Shown here one piece after another: positions 1-12,640 of a DNA stretch of 64,000 nt; position 1 is the first letter of the stretch; the number at the start of each line of letters is the position of its first letter. The position numbers and the translations under genes were made by a program. The notes under the pieces were generated by a model. The model saw only the letters and a list, made by a program, of their open reading frames with translations. It was not told the DNA's origin and made no database searches. Source of the DNA: Squalus acanthias (Eukaryota); NCBI GenBank assembly GCA_030390025.1, contig CM059431.1:126296001-126360000 (forward strand). Reading direction: 5' to 3'.

Positions 1-744
1 AATTAAGGCCTATAAATTTGCCCATGCATTGTCCATTTTGCAGGCGCTACTAAGCCCCCAACATGGCGGGCAGAGAGCATGTGCACATTTCTGATTGGAG
101 GTGCACTGCCCAACATATTGGGCATAAAGGACAAAAATGGTTGTGCAGTGCCCGCGCCTGAAACAGACTTTTATCCGTTGCAAATAAGGAGCCTAATGCA
201 TGTTTGAGGCCCCCCACTGTAAGATTGGTTTTCCCTGAGGCAGCTGATGCCAGTGCCGGCTGCACTCAGGAAAACCATGCCTTCAGACAGCCCGTTACCA
301 ACAAGGTAAGTTCTTCAAATATACTGACCTGTATGTGGTCTGGAGTGCTCCTCCCGGCCCCACATTTAAAGAACGCTCCCCTCACCAACCCCACCCCTCC
401 AACCCCCGCTCTGGATCGCCGCCGCTCCCCCGACCTGACTTCCAATCTCCCTCACAGACCTCCATTACCCACCCCCCCCGGCCTCCGTTACCCCTGACCC
501 GACTATCGGTACCCCTCTCTGGCCCCACTCTTTCCCCTCTGCCCACCCCCCCGCCTCCATTGCTTTCCCACAGCTACACTTAACTGAGGGCATCTGTGAT
601 ACTAGCAGCAGCCTGATCTTCATTGACTCTGTGACAGCTTGATGAAAATGAAGCCTGACGCCCAATATCGGGGGCGACTCCAGCCTCACTATTCAGGCGC
701 AGGGAATGGAATGCCCAAAAATGTTTGCGCCCGTATTTCTACCC
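1..744. mobile_element. Non-autonomous DNA transposon (Harbinger-type MITE), truncated by the window start
   Basis: GC-rich block ending ...TATTTCTACCC. Carries the internal GGAGTGCTCCTCCCGGCCCCAC module shared with elements at ~10.7, 28.6 and 50.5 kb, and a segment homologous (reverse) to ~46570-46640. Confidence 0.5.
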
Positions 745-3246
745 TCTACTGCTCTTTTTTAGCTCACAGATGTCATTTTTTTTAAGCTAACAGCCCTGTA
801 TGCGAATCTGTCTCCACAATACTTTTACTTTTGGAGTTAGATAGTCTTGTTAAAAATAATATTAAAATATATAGATGTTGTGATGTTCTGATTAGAGAAA
901 ATGAACAGATTTCGTATCTGGCCTAGGAAAGGACAAGTCAGTATTTTTCCATCTCACTGCTGATTTTATACATGCCAGAAAGGTATCTCAGAAACTAAAA
1001 CAGGAAATTGCACTGCACTCCTCTCATTATCTGTAGGATAACATTCAATTGAAAAATGCTATTGCACATTCTCACGCAGAATCTATTACTATTGGTTTGA
1101 CACAGGTGCAGTGTGTGTCTGCTGATTTGGTACCATTTTACACATCTTTCTGATAAATATCTGGTAAAAATAAAAGTTGCATCTGCCCCTCCTTCCGCCA
1201 TTGCTTTCCTTAATAAAATGATATAAACGTTGGCCTCCCTTGTTAATTTTCAAGATGTTATCTCTTGTTAAACATTAAATTACCATTTATTGCCCTTAAA
1301 TAAGCCAGTAATGTTAGAATGACATCAAGATCTTTGCTTTTCCAAAGTAGCCAATGTGTTTATTAATTCATGTGATTCTTCATCATGTCCCTATCCTCCT
1401 TTCATTTTTATAATAGAATAAGTTTTAAAGTTAATACAAATTTAAATTGACCTTTTATATTCTGCATTCATTTTATTATTACTATGAGTTTTATAATGCC
1501 AGGCATTTCACATCAGAAATCTATTCACTGTTTCACCATTTTCAATTATATTAAAATTCTCTGATTATTCATCATTGTCATTTTATGGGGTAGAGATTAA
1601 TAACCTTTGCTTTATGGGCTTTTATTTTGGCAAGCCAACATCATACCACTTAAAGATCGATCGAGATTTATAGACCTGCATCCTGACACCATAGCATTTA
1701 AAAATGTATGTAACTATTTGAAGCATTATATATAATGAATTATTAAAACTAAGTTCAGTTCTAGTCCTGATAGACCAATCACATATTTGTAGCACACCAG
1801 TGTTTGCATAATTGAGCACTTCGTATAGCAATATCAATATTTTTGAAAATCAAATCTAAAAAGCAGACGATAAGTCTGCAGTGATTAGTATTTGTCAGGG
1901 TAACCGATCAAATTTTAACCCTTTAAAATCCACAACATTTTCGCACTTCAACAACAAGTATTAATATTTCCACTGAGTGCATGTCTGATAGCTAGCATGA
2001 TGATTGTGGGAAAATCAGCAGTGGTAAGATTTGCAACAGTAATTCTGCAGAGTACATTGAAGCCAAGTATGAAGATTGTGATGATAAAGTGATCGGGAAT
2101 GAAATTTGCACAGGGTAAAATTAAAAAATAAATGTTTCTTTTGAAGTAAATCTTAAATTGTTCCAAAAGTGGTTTTATAACCAGTGCTGACTGGCAAACC
2201 AAATGACAAACTCCCAAGTGCTCTGAGTTATACTAGTGAGTTTAATTGGCGATTTGGAGCTGAGCTAGGATCGGCAGCAGCTCATTTCCTTTAAACCACT
2301 ATTTTAAATGGCATTGCACAAACAGGCAGGAGCTCAGAGCTCAATTTGTGCAGGCAAGCCAGCATGTTCTGTATCTTGCATTCAATACTGTTCAGTAAAC
2401 GGCAGTTGAAGTTGAATGATATTTAAAAATGTATAATATATATCTTAAATCATTCCTACCTGGTGATCGAGCAGCAGGTATTTACTCCCTGCTGTTGCAT
2501 AATCTGATTCTCCGACAGATTAATTGTGGCTTTTTGTCTGTGTTCTCTGGTATCGGAGATCAGGGATGGAGGGCCTGCAGCGCAGTAGTGGGAGTACCGG
2601 GAGTAGATTTGTTCATGTTTTGTAGCAGTCCAGAGAGAACTGTGCAATGCTTTGTAGTTGTCAAGAATAGTCTTCAACTTTGCAAATGCCAGAACTTTAG
2701 GGCCTCAAAGGTAATCACATAAAAGACTTAAATGAATTGATAAGAAAAGGAAATGCCATATGTAATTGGGGAAAAAAGGTGTTTTGCATTCCCTCTCCTT
2801 GCCTGTCATTTTTATGTTTTAAAATGGTAAGAACATAAATATGTATTTGTGCAGCCTATATACTCCTCATATGACTCTTTTAAGAGATTTTTTCAACATA
2901 ACCTTAGTGTGGGCTCACTGAAGAATTGATGGAAATTGATTTTACAATGTCAGCTACTAACCTCCACAATTCAGATCAACAGTTGAAGCAAGGGAATTGA
3001 ATCTAAATCGAATCCAAATTTTTCAAATGTCAAAAATCCTCAGCTTATTATATAAATACTTTTACAGCAAAATTGCACCAAATATTCACATTTTAAAAAA
3101 TTACTATTTTTTATAAATCTCTGCATGACGGAAAAGATAGCCTGAAAATGACGAAGACATGTTATTTTATGTCAATTATTTATTGTATTTTTGTAATGTT
3201 AATCAATGGGTTAAAATCTCTGTTAAAATAGCAAAGAGGAGATTTA

Positions 3247-3887
3247 GGGCTGGATTTTGTCTTGGGGTCGGGTTGGGGTCGTGTCATCCGCATTTCGTGT
3301 TCCCCCCCCCGACTCCACATTAATGTGGATGAATGCTGCAATTTTCACTTAATTGGGCAATTGAGTTCCAGCATGTGGGAACCCATGAACTAATTAGTGG
3401 TTTCAGTCTGAAAGTCGCCTCTGATGATGTCATCATTGCTGTCTGGCTGTTGGTGAGAGAGGACCTGCCTGGCTTATGATGTGAGTGGACCTGGATGCAA
3501 AATGGAGAGAGAGAGAGAGAGAGAGAGAACCTTCATCACATCTCCGTTGTACTAGTGGACCTGCAGCGGATAGTCAGCTATCCACTTGTGCTCCCGCCAG
3601 GTTTCACTGGAGTGTTTCACATCAGGCGTGCTTCACGTGGGAAAAGGGTTAAACTAGCTAAAACATTTCAAAATAGCATTACAAAGCCAATTTAGGGCTT
3701 GTTAAGGGCTTTAATGGCCTCTCCCGCCTCTTGGAGGCGGGACGGAGTCGGGAATCCCGCGACTGATTTTGTCAAAATTGCGTGGAGGCGGGATGGAGTC
3801 GGGATGGGGTCGGGACACCCGACCCCGCAAATTTAACCCCCCACACGCCTCCAAACCCGACTCCACAGGTCATTGAAAATCCAGCCC
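3247..3887 (+). mobile_element. Harbinger-type MITE, family A copy 1
   Basis: TIRs GGGCTGGATTTT...AAAATCCAGCCC; flanks TTA/TTT; closely similar to 13449-14201 and 48612-49352 (opposite orientation). Confidence 0.9.
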
Positions 3888-4424
3888 TTTGATACTACGG
3901 CCGCGATTTTGCCGGCGCCCAGAGGGCGGGTTTGGAGGCGGGTCAGAGGTAAAATCTTTTTGATTGACGGCGGGTTCCGACCCCGCTGTCAACCCGCCTC
4001 CACGCAACTTTGCCAAGTGCCAGCACTGGGAGTCCCGATCAAATGTCAAGCGGCGGGAGAGACACTTAAGGCAGTTAACAGCTTGTTAACTGCCTAGATA
4101 ATCCGATTTTTGCATCGTCTTGCCATTTTATTACATGTTCAGCGTGTTCCACGCTGTTCGCAAAATGTGTCGGGTTCAGCAAGTGTCTGACTTCTTGACA
4201 GCTGCAGCTGCAGCTCCAGCAGAAAAACGGAGCTCTAACATGGCTGACTTACAGACGACAGAACTTTGTTTTTTGAGGTGTTGGAACACTTTTTGCAGGT
4301 CTATTGAGCTTGTAAGTGTTTAAGCTGAGATTCATATGCACTGTGACCTCCTTGGAAAACCCTCTCCACACATTGCCTGAGCACTTATAACTTCTGGTCC
4401 TCAACTAAGATGTATACCAGCAGA

Positions 4425-5623
4425 ATGGGAACCATTTATACCCTCCCATCCTGGTCCTCAGATTCGGAGGAAGAGCAGCCGCGGCAGCAGCAGAACCAGG
4501 CGCAACAGCAGCAGCAACAACAGGAGCACCAACCTTCTCCTCACCCACCTGATGCTGCACAGGGCAGAGGGTGTCAGCGCAGGGCTGCACCTCACCGCAG
4601 GAGATACCCCCAACACAGGGTTTACAGGCCGAGGATGAGCTTCCTCATCTTGACTGAGCAGCAGTGCCAAAGGAGGCTGAGACTTTCGCGAGAGGTAGTC
4701 GCTGACATCTGCGCAATGCTGCAGTAACACCTGGAGCCCAGAGGAGCGGGTGGACACCCCTTACCAATGGCTGTCAAATTCACCACCGGCCTCAATTTGT
4801 TTGCTTCAGGGTCCTTCCAGGGATCATCAGCAGACATCAGCAGCATCCCCCAGTTGGCCGCACACACTTGCATCACACAGGTTACCAATGGCCGCTTTGC
4901 AAAGGCGCACAATTACTTCCACTTCTCCACGGATGAAGTAAGTGTAACCGCGCGTGCGGTTGGCTTTGCGAATATGGCAGGCTTGTCAAGGGTGCAGGGC
5001 ATCATAGACTGCACACATGTGGCCATTAGGGCAACCCATCACAACCCAGCTGGATTTGTCAACCGCAAGGGCTTCCACTCCCTTAAAGTCCAGCTGGTGT
5101 GTAACCACAGGAAGAACATTTTGCATGTTTGCGCCAAGTTCCCTGGCAGTTGCCATGACTCGTTCATCCTGCGTCGGTCTACTGTGCCTCAGCTCTTCAA
5201 TCGCCAACCCAACTAACTGGATGGCTACTTGGAGACAAGGGCTATCCCCTGAAGACGTGGCTAATGACGCCATTGAGGAGGCCATCAAACAAAGCTGAGG
5301 AGCACTAAAATGCAAGCCACATTTCCACCAGAGCCATCATTGAGCAAACCATCGGCTTGCTCAAAATGTGATTCAGATGCCTTGACAGATCAGGTGGAGC
5401 CCTACAGTACTCACCAGCTAGGAGCTCCAGAATCATCGTGGTCTGCTGTGCACTGCACAATATCACACAGCAGCCTGAGGAACAAGTGGCTCAGCGCACA
5501 GCCTCCTCCTCCTCAGAGGAGGAGGAAGACCTTGTGGAGGCGGATGTGCCAGTTCCACCAGCACGCGAGCACATTGCTGAGCGTGATGCAAGGGATGCAC
5601 TTCTCTATGCCAGATTCGCTTAA
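4425..5623 (+). pseudogene. Harbinger (HARBI1-like, DDE_Tnp_4) transposase, disrupted
   Basis: Motifs [59 protein letters not shown] across ORF pieces; stops at 4725-4727 and 5214-5216, plus frameshifts; N-terminal poly-Q. Confidence 0.92.
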
Positions 5624-5884
5624 GTTGACAAAGCAAACACATGTGGCTGCCACCTTCTTAACACACCATACACAATGTACAATAAACTGTGTGTTCCTAT
5701 CACTCTCACCACCATCATTACAGATGAAAGGCGCCCTGACACCTCACTGTGACACTTCCATTTCTGGGCACACATAGGCCAACTCTTTGAATGTTTGCCA
5801 TCGCATTTGTTTATTACAATTGAAATGTCGATCATTATCTTAAATATGTATTACATCAAAACACCCAAGTGACTACCCTTGTGA

Positions 5885-7790
5885 CTATTTGTGTGTTAAC
5901 TTTCTCTTACACGTGCTTCTATGTGGTGCTTCCCCTGTGGCTGCAGCAGATGTGGTGGCACCTTGCTCACTTTCATGCTGCTCCTGCTTCGACACCTTTG
6001 GTGGGCGACCTCTGGGCTTGCGAGCCTGGGAGGGCTCGGCAACAGTCTGCTCCTCCTGCAGGGGCTGAGATGGCCATCTCAGTTGGGTGAGGAGTCCGGT
6101 GGGGCTCTGAACGAGCGCTCCACAGTGGCATGGGAGTTTGAGCGCTTGGAGAGGAGCCCACACTTCCTTGTTGCCTGCCACCAACATCCCTCTCATGGGT
6201 CAACCACACTTCAGTGCTAGCAAGTGGCTGGACAGCACCTTGCTGCACGCCAGGGGGGCCATGAGACCCGTCTCTGTACTGACAGTCCTCATAACAAGGA
6301 TGTCCATGAACCTCTGGTGTCTCTCCTCAAATAGATGTCCATCTCTCCTCCATAGCAGACAATCTATTTTGAAAAGTGACCATGTTTTCGTTAGTCTGGC
6401 GAATTATGTCCTCCATGGTGGTTGCCACCCTCTCCATGGCAGAACATTCATGCGCCATTGCCTCCACAAAGGCAGTGCTCATGTTAGAGATGGACTCCTC
6501 CATTCTCTCCACACTCACAGTTATCCTGGATGCAAAATCTGCCAGAGACTCCTGCAATTGTTCCTGGAGTTCCAGCACCGCTCCCTTTCTGGATGGCCCC
6601 AGAGGCACAGGGTCCACATGCAGCTGAGCAAAGCTAGGAGCATCCTGCGGCCTCCGACGAGGACTCTCCACTGCTGACCCTGTCTCCACCATCTGCTGAT
6701 GCTCACTTGTGTGCTGTGATACACCAGGTGACAACACTACTCTATCTCATGAAGGACCCACCAAGGTGTACGTGTCTGCGCTGGTGCTGGGTGCGCTCAA
6801 TTCTGCTGACACTGCGCCCTCAGAGGTTGCCGCTTCCTCTGAGGAGTCTTCCAGCTCTTCCTCCTGGACAGTGGGGAGGGGGGCTCTCGATGGTCCTGTG
6901 GGGGAGTAAAGGCATGAGTTAGACATGTGATATTAATGTAGCAGGCACATCGACTTGTGCAGATGATCAGAAGTCAATCGGTATGAACATCAGATGCCAT
7001 ATCAATCACTCATGCAATGTAAATGAGAGGGCTGCAAATATATTCTGTCACCAGCTTGCTCTACTGCACCCGTCTGACCGTCCCCCACTTCCAGATCCTC
7101 AGCACCTCCGATGATGTCCAGAGCAGCCTCCTCAGCGGTGGTCAACTGGGCAATGGAAGGTGGCCCTCCTCCTGTCCTGGCCCTCTCCCTCTTATTGTGG
7201 GCTCTCTTTTCCTGCAATGAGGGACACAAGTGGACTTGGAGTGAGAATGTTGGAGTGAGTGTAGAGAATCCATAACATAGATGCTTAGAGGGAGACAAAG
7301 ATGGAGTGAGGTGCCAATACCAAGGGCCCTCCCTGTGCGTTGTTAGTTGTTGTCATGGCATAACAGTGAGAGCGAGTGTGAGGGGTGCATAGTAGAATGG
7401 TAAAGTGATTCTGTACATAGAGAGAGAGGGATGGTTAAGGGTGCAAGGGATGTAAGGGTAAAGTGGGATGTGCAGGAGTAGGTTGACAATGCAGAGTGCT
7501 GGTGATGAGAGGAGATGGGGAGCAGATTGAAGGCAAGTGTGATGTTATACTCACTTTTGCTGAGCGTAGCAGGTCATTGAACCTTTTCCTGCACTGAACC
7601 CAGGTGCAACCACACAAAGACCTGGAGCTCACCTCCTGAGCAATTTGCAGCCAGGCTGCTTTGCTTTGCTGAGGAGGCTTCCTCCGTCCGGTTGAGGGGA
7701 ACAGTACCTCCTGGTGCCCTCTCACTCCATCCACAATGTATGGAAGGAGTCATCATCAAATCGGGGAGAGGCCTTGGCTCTTGTAGCAAT
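5885..7790 (-). pseudogene. Harbinger Myb/SANT-like (trihelix/MSANTD-type) DNA-binding protein gene, 3 exons (~7790-7555, 7211-7052, 6895-5885)
   Basis: AAWLQIAQEVSSRS..TWVQCRKRFNDLLRSAK | EKRAHNKRERARTGGGPP is the typical Myb/SANT-like signature. GT-AG sites are phase-compatible (0, then 1) and conserved in the copy at 52.8-56.4 kb. Exon 3 has premature stops. Confidence 0.88.
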
Positions 7791-8381
7791 CATTTTCACA
7801 AGTGGTACAACGAGAAGCAGCAGGAAAGGAAGGATTTGAAACAAGGCTGCATGGGCCCCTTAAATACAGCTGGCTGACAGACGTCAGCAGAGGCAAGCAG
7901 CAGACCCGAACCCACTAATTGGGCCGGGTAGCGTGCACGGACACATTAATCAGGCCACTTAAGGGAAAATCTTAATTCCTGGGCAGCTGAAAGCAGCAGC
8001 GGGACTGGAACCCGCCAAACATAAAAGCTGCCTCCAACCCGCCTTCACTGATAAAATCGCGGCCTAAGCATTAAGCACTCATATGATCTTATTGCTCACA
8101 GTCATTGCCAAGCTTACATTACTTTACTAAATGATGTGGAGAATGAACAATATGTAGCATGTGAACATAACTATAGCAGGGTTCCTTGATAGCACATGTA
8201 TATGAAAACCATGCACACAATTTGGTATGCGTAGGACAAATGTCCACCACTGCAAACTCAAAACAGCCTTCCCTTGGCAAATGCAAGAAATCCAGCCTGA
8301 ATATGGAGTGTGCACAGAATGAATTGTTTTTTTTTTCAGTATAAGCCATCTGAATCATAATCTAATTATGAAATAGACAAT

Positions 8382-9989
8382 TGGCCACAAATTTCCTGTG
8401 GAGCTTGTTTACCTACGCTGGAACGTAAAAACCAGTGTAAAACAAGTGCAAAAATAGTGCCACTAATAGGGTTAATAGCAAGTGGGCTGTTGTCTCCTGT
8501 CGTGGCCCCTCTACCTTTTCCATTATTATGCAAAACTGTTATGCCCACTGGGAAGGTCTAGGTCTTTAGTCCTTCTGAACATGTAGGGGTAAGGACAGGG
8601 GTCGGAAAAAAATGTTGTGCACTAAGTAGAGTGCAGGTCTCTGTAAGAAAACTTCAAAAAAGAAGCACAAAGAAAATCCCTACCAAACTCCAGAAATCTC
8701 AGTTATGCCGATATCAGGGAACTTTGAGCTAAATCTAGGCCCGCACCTGGAACGGGCGTAAATACAGGAAACCCACGTAAGCTGGTCATTTGCGCTGGGG
8801 GCGGAGCTATTTAAATGAGGACTTCCATGGACGTATCTTGCAAATGATCGAGGAAATTTACGCGCAGCGGTGTTATAACCTAAAACCGAAGTGATTCAAT
8901 TACACGCAAGCTTCCTCGGGAAAAAATAATGTAATACCGCTGTTACACTGTAGTAATGCCAAAATGTTCCATTAAATTCCGGGCGATTTATTTATCGATA
9001 ATTGCAAAGTTGTCATTTTTAAGGCTGCTTTAGTTTTTGGCAGTGCACAGGAAAGGTGGGCAGGAAGATAACTTAAGTTAAACAGTATCGTTTAATAAAA
9101 ATAAACTGGAATCTATGTTAGAGGTTTGTACAAGCGCAAAAAATACATAATATGGCCAAATTGCCATATTGGGCAATGTTGTTTTGAATAGTCTGAAAAT
9201 TCCAAGTGAGTTGGGTAAGGTTTATTGGCCCAAAAATTCAGCCGAATACGGGAGAGTACCCGCTGCGTACTCACCCGTATTCGGTCCTGAAGTGCCGGTT
9301 TCCTGCATGCACTGTGCATGCGCGGGAAACCGGCACTTCCGGTATGGCAAAGGGGGCGGTTCCTAGGTGAACCGTATGCGCACTAGAGGCTGTGCGCACG
9401 CAGCACACTTAGGTTTTTTTTCAGGTTTCAACGCGAGGGTAAGTATTGAAGATTTTACACATGAAAAAAGGAGGCGTAAGACCCCCTTTTAACAAGGTAA
9501 GTAGTTAATTAAGTATAATTTTAATTTTTTTTCAACAGGTTTATCTTTTTCAGAGACTTTAAAGAAAGGTAAGTTTATTTTTATAACTTTTCAAAAGAAT
9601 TTACATTTTTTCAAAAATTTAAATTTTTGTTTAAAGTGGTTAATTTATTTAACTATAGTTATTTTATTAATGTGATGGGTTTTTTTAAATTTATTTGAGG
9701 TTTAGCTGTTCTTTTGGGGGCAATTTGTATTCATAGATTTGACAGGTCTCCTGTCAAATCTATTTTTGAAAGATAGTCTGCTGCCATTGGCTCTCCATGG
9801 CCCACGTGATCCCAGAGGTCGCATCACACTAACTGCGCCTCTGGGACACGCACACACTGCGCGCCGGCACCAGGGAGAGGCCCGGGACCCGAAGTTCCTG
9901 TGGGCCCGAAACACAACGGCAGGCGCGGTAGGTAAGATCGCGCGCGATCCTTACCCGCGCGGCAAGCCTCCGAGTCAAATTTCTAGACC
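8382..9989. mobile_element. Non-autonomous Harbinger-type element, family C copy 1
   Basis: Degenerate TIRs (TGGCCACAAATTT / AAATTTCTAGACC) with AAT on both flanks; right half homologous (reverse) to 51282-52010; internal hairpins. Confidence 0.65.
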
Positions 9990-10039
9990 AATATATAAAC
10001 CTAGTGTTGAAGGATTGTGCTGGCTCGTGGAGGGAGGAG

Positions 10040-10460
10040 AAACGGACCAGTTATGTGGAGCGATAGAGAACCTGGGATTGTTCACCTTAGAGCAGAGTAG
10101 GTTAAGGGGAGATTTAATAGAGGTGTTCAAAATTATGAGGGATTTTGATAGAGTAAATAAGGAGAAGCTGTTTCCACTGGTAGGTGGGTCATTAACCAAA
10201 GGCCACAGATTTAAGGATAAAAAACCAGAGTAGAGATGAAGATAATCTTTTTTACAAAGCGAGTTGTTGTGATCTGGAAGGCACTGCATGAAAGGCTGGT
10301 GGAAGCAGATTCAATAGTATCTTTCAAAAGGGAATTGGCTATATAATTGAAAGCAGGGCTATGGGGAAGGTGCAGGGGAGTGGGACTAATTGGATGACTC
10401 TTTGAAAGAGCCAGCACAGACACAATGGACCGAATGACCTTCTTCTATGCTGTAAGATTA
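10040..10460 (+). mobile_element. CR1 LINE 3' fragment
   Basis: LGLFTLEQSRLRGDLIEVFKIM..KLFPL..TKGHRFK (ORF2 C-terminus) followed by CR1 3' UTR. Confidence 0.9.
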
Positions 10461-10466
10461 ATTGGC

Positions 10467-10930
10467 TGGGATTTTCCCATTTCCCACCCGCCCGTAGTCG
10501 CGATCCTTGGTGGGAGGTTCCGATCCCCGTCCTCGGGGCTGAGTTACGATCCCTGGGGGGGTGGTCTGATCTCCGACCTCGGGCGGGGGCTGAGATCAAT
10601 CCCCGGGAGGGGGGGTCCGACCCCGGAGGGAGGGCCGCTGGTAAGTGAGCTTGGGGGGTAGGGAGGAAGCACTCCTGCTCCTTCGGTCAACAATGTGTGC
10701 TCCGTAAGGCTGTTCCCGCCTCGCTACAGCTACCAGGAATCCTGCGCCCCGGGAACCCCGACCGCCTGAAGTTAAACCTGCACAGCAGTTTAAAGCAGAG
10801 GCTTCAGGCCTCATTATCATATTTAAAATGTCAACTTGCCTCCTGGCAGCAGGGTGGCTGCCCACCCCCAGTCCTGCCTGAGTAAAAGGTGAAAAATAGA
10901 TTGGTTGGAGGCAGGTTGGGGAATTTGATT
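10467..10930. mobile_element. GC-rich MITE-like element
   Basis: Contains the GCACTCCTGCTCC module and a CTGGTAAGT motif shared with other non-autonomous elements here; termini degenerate. Confidence 0.45.
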
Positions 10931-11510
10931 TATTAAGTGAGTTAAGTAATACCGATAACAAAACAGAAATGATGAAATGTGGCTGAGTGATGTAAATTAG
11001 TGATGAAAAGATAAGTTAAGGCTAAGAAACTGAGAGATTGAGCACAGAAGATTAGTACTGAACAATGAAGAACAAAAAGAGCAGAGCTGAGGGATTGAGA
11101 TTCATCATAGAAGCCAAGACCAGATCATATCAAAGAGGAGAGACATTTTTGTTGAACGAACTATCTGCTTGTGCAAGTCCAACCATGTGAAGACATGAAC
11201 TGCCTTTTAGCACAGCACAAGGTAATGCATTTTGCGAGAAGAGGCAATCTAAGAACATAAGAACATAAGAAATGGGAGCAGGAATAAGCCACTAGGCCCC
11301 TCGAGCCTGCTTTGCCATTCAGTAAGATCATGGCTGATCTTGGGCTCAAAGCCACTTCCCCACCCGCTCCCCATAACCCTTCACTCCCTTGTCTTGCAAA
11401 AATTTGTCTATCTCCACCATAAATGTATTTAATGATCCAGCCTCCACGGCTCTCTGGGGCAGAGAATTCCACAGATTTACGACCCTCTGAAAAGAAATTC
11501 CTCCTCATCT

Positions 11511-12640
11511 TGAAGGGATAATTACTAGTCCTAGCCCCTTTAGGGCTACCCCAGATCAAGCATATTCCCCAGACGTTCACTTTCAACGAAAGTTTAAGGT
11601 AGCCGAATCCTAAAGACGCTTAATTGGGTCTAAAGGTCTGGACCATCTCTCCCTAAAGGAAAGGAACAACCTGAAAATGTTACCGTCCTCCAGATAGCAC
11701 TTTTAATAAGTTTAGCTGGACTGTAACATTCCAGATATTATGAGGGTCTGGAAAACTCCCCCAGAATTCTGCAACTCCTCACCAAAGAGTGTACAGAGAT
11801 TGAGTTTGCGAGTTTGATACAGAAGTATTATGTGAGACAATTCCAAAAATATATAGATTCATTAAAGAACCGACATGTAATTTACAATTGGTGAGTCAAT
11901 CGCAACATTAACAGTTCCAAAAAGAGAAAGCTTTACAATCTTATTATCAGAGATCCTATTCTCAAATCTTAACTTTGCTACAGTTTTACAGTTCTTAGTC
12001 TTATTCAGGATATCCACCAAAATCAAATACAGTACCTTGATCCCCGAGATACAAAGAGTTATAGACTTACAGAGCCACCTCTGAAGCCTGAGAATCGCTT
12101 TGCCTTTGTACAGCGAGTCTATTATCCTATTTGAGAGCTCAATATTTATACCCTTTTCCAGTGGTTTTTTCTTTAAGGTTTTCTGCTGATGTAAGCTAAT
12201 TATCTCTAGTCATTTTTCTGCTGATTTCTGCAATTCTTAGTCACCTCAGCTGGTAGCAATACAGAGTCGTGTCTCCTCTAGGTGTTCCAAGCTTACCATA
12301 AAAAACGGTGTAACAGCAGGTGAATTTTATTTGATGTCATTTTTACTAAGGCCTTCTGTTTGTGCCTCTTTATGAAGTGTAAATTAGAACACCTTAACAA
12401 GGGTGATCTTTTGTTTCTTCCGAAAGATTCAGACTGTCAGGAGCCTTTAACCTTCTGTTTCAATAAGGTTATTGATTCAGTGTCAACAACTATCTTATCT
12501 CAATAGCCTGTATGCTGTTACAGCTTTAGATTGTTGAGGCTTCCAGATTTCCAAACCCAGTTTGTCATGTTTTAATAAGGCCAGAATTCTTTCATAGACT
12601 GGCATATATTTCTGAATAGGTTATATGGCTTATTCGTTCA
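11511..12640 (-). mobile_element. Solo LTR (ERV-like), family L1 copy 1
   Basis: TGAAG...TTCA termini; cleanly interrupts the CR1; minus-strand TATAAA (~12145) and ATTAAA (~11705); highly similar to 39200-42333. Confidence 0.75.

Larger units (their letters stand above)
3899..8064 (+). mobile_element. Full-length, decayed autonomous PIF/Harbinger DNA transposon
   Basis: 12-bp TIRs GGCCGCGATTTT...AAAATCGCGGCC; flanks TAC/TAA; encloses a DDE transposase (+) and a convergent Myb/SANT-like gene (-). Confidence 0.93.

Noticed and set aside
4425..5623. Domesticated HARBI1 host gene
   Set aside because: It lies between TIRs, has stops and frameshifts, and related copies occur in the same window.
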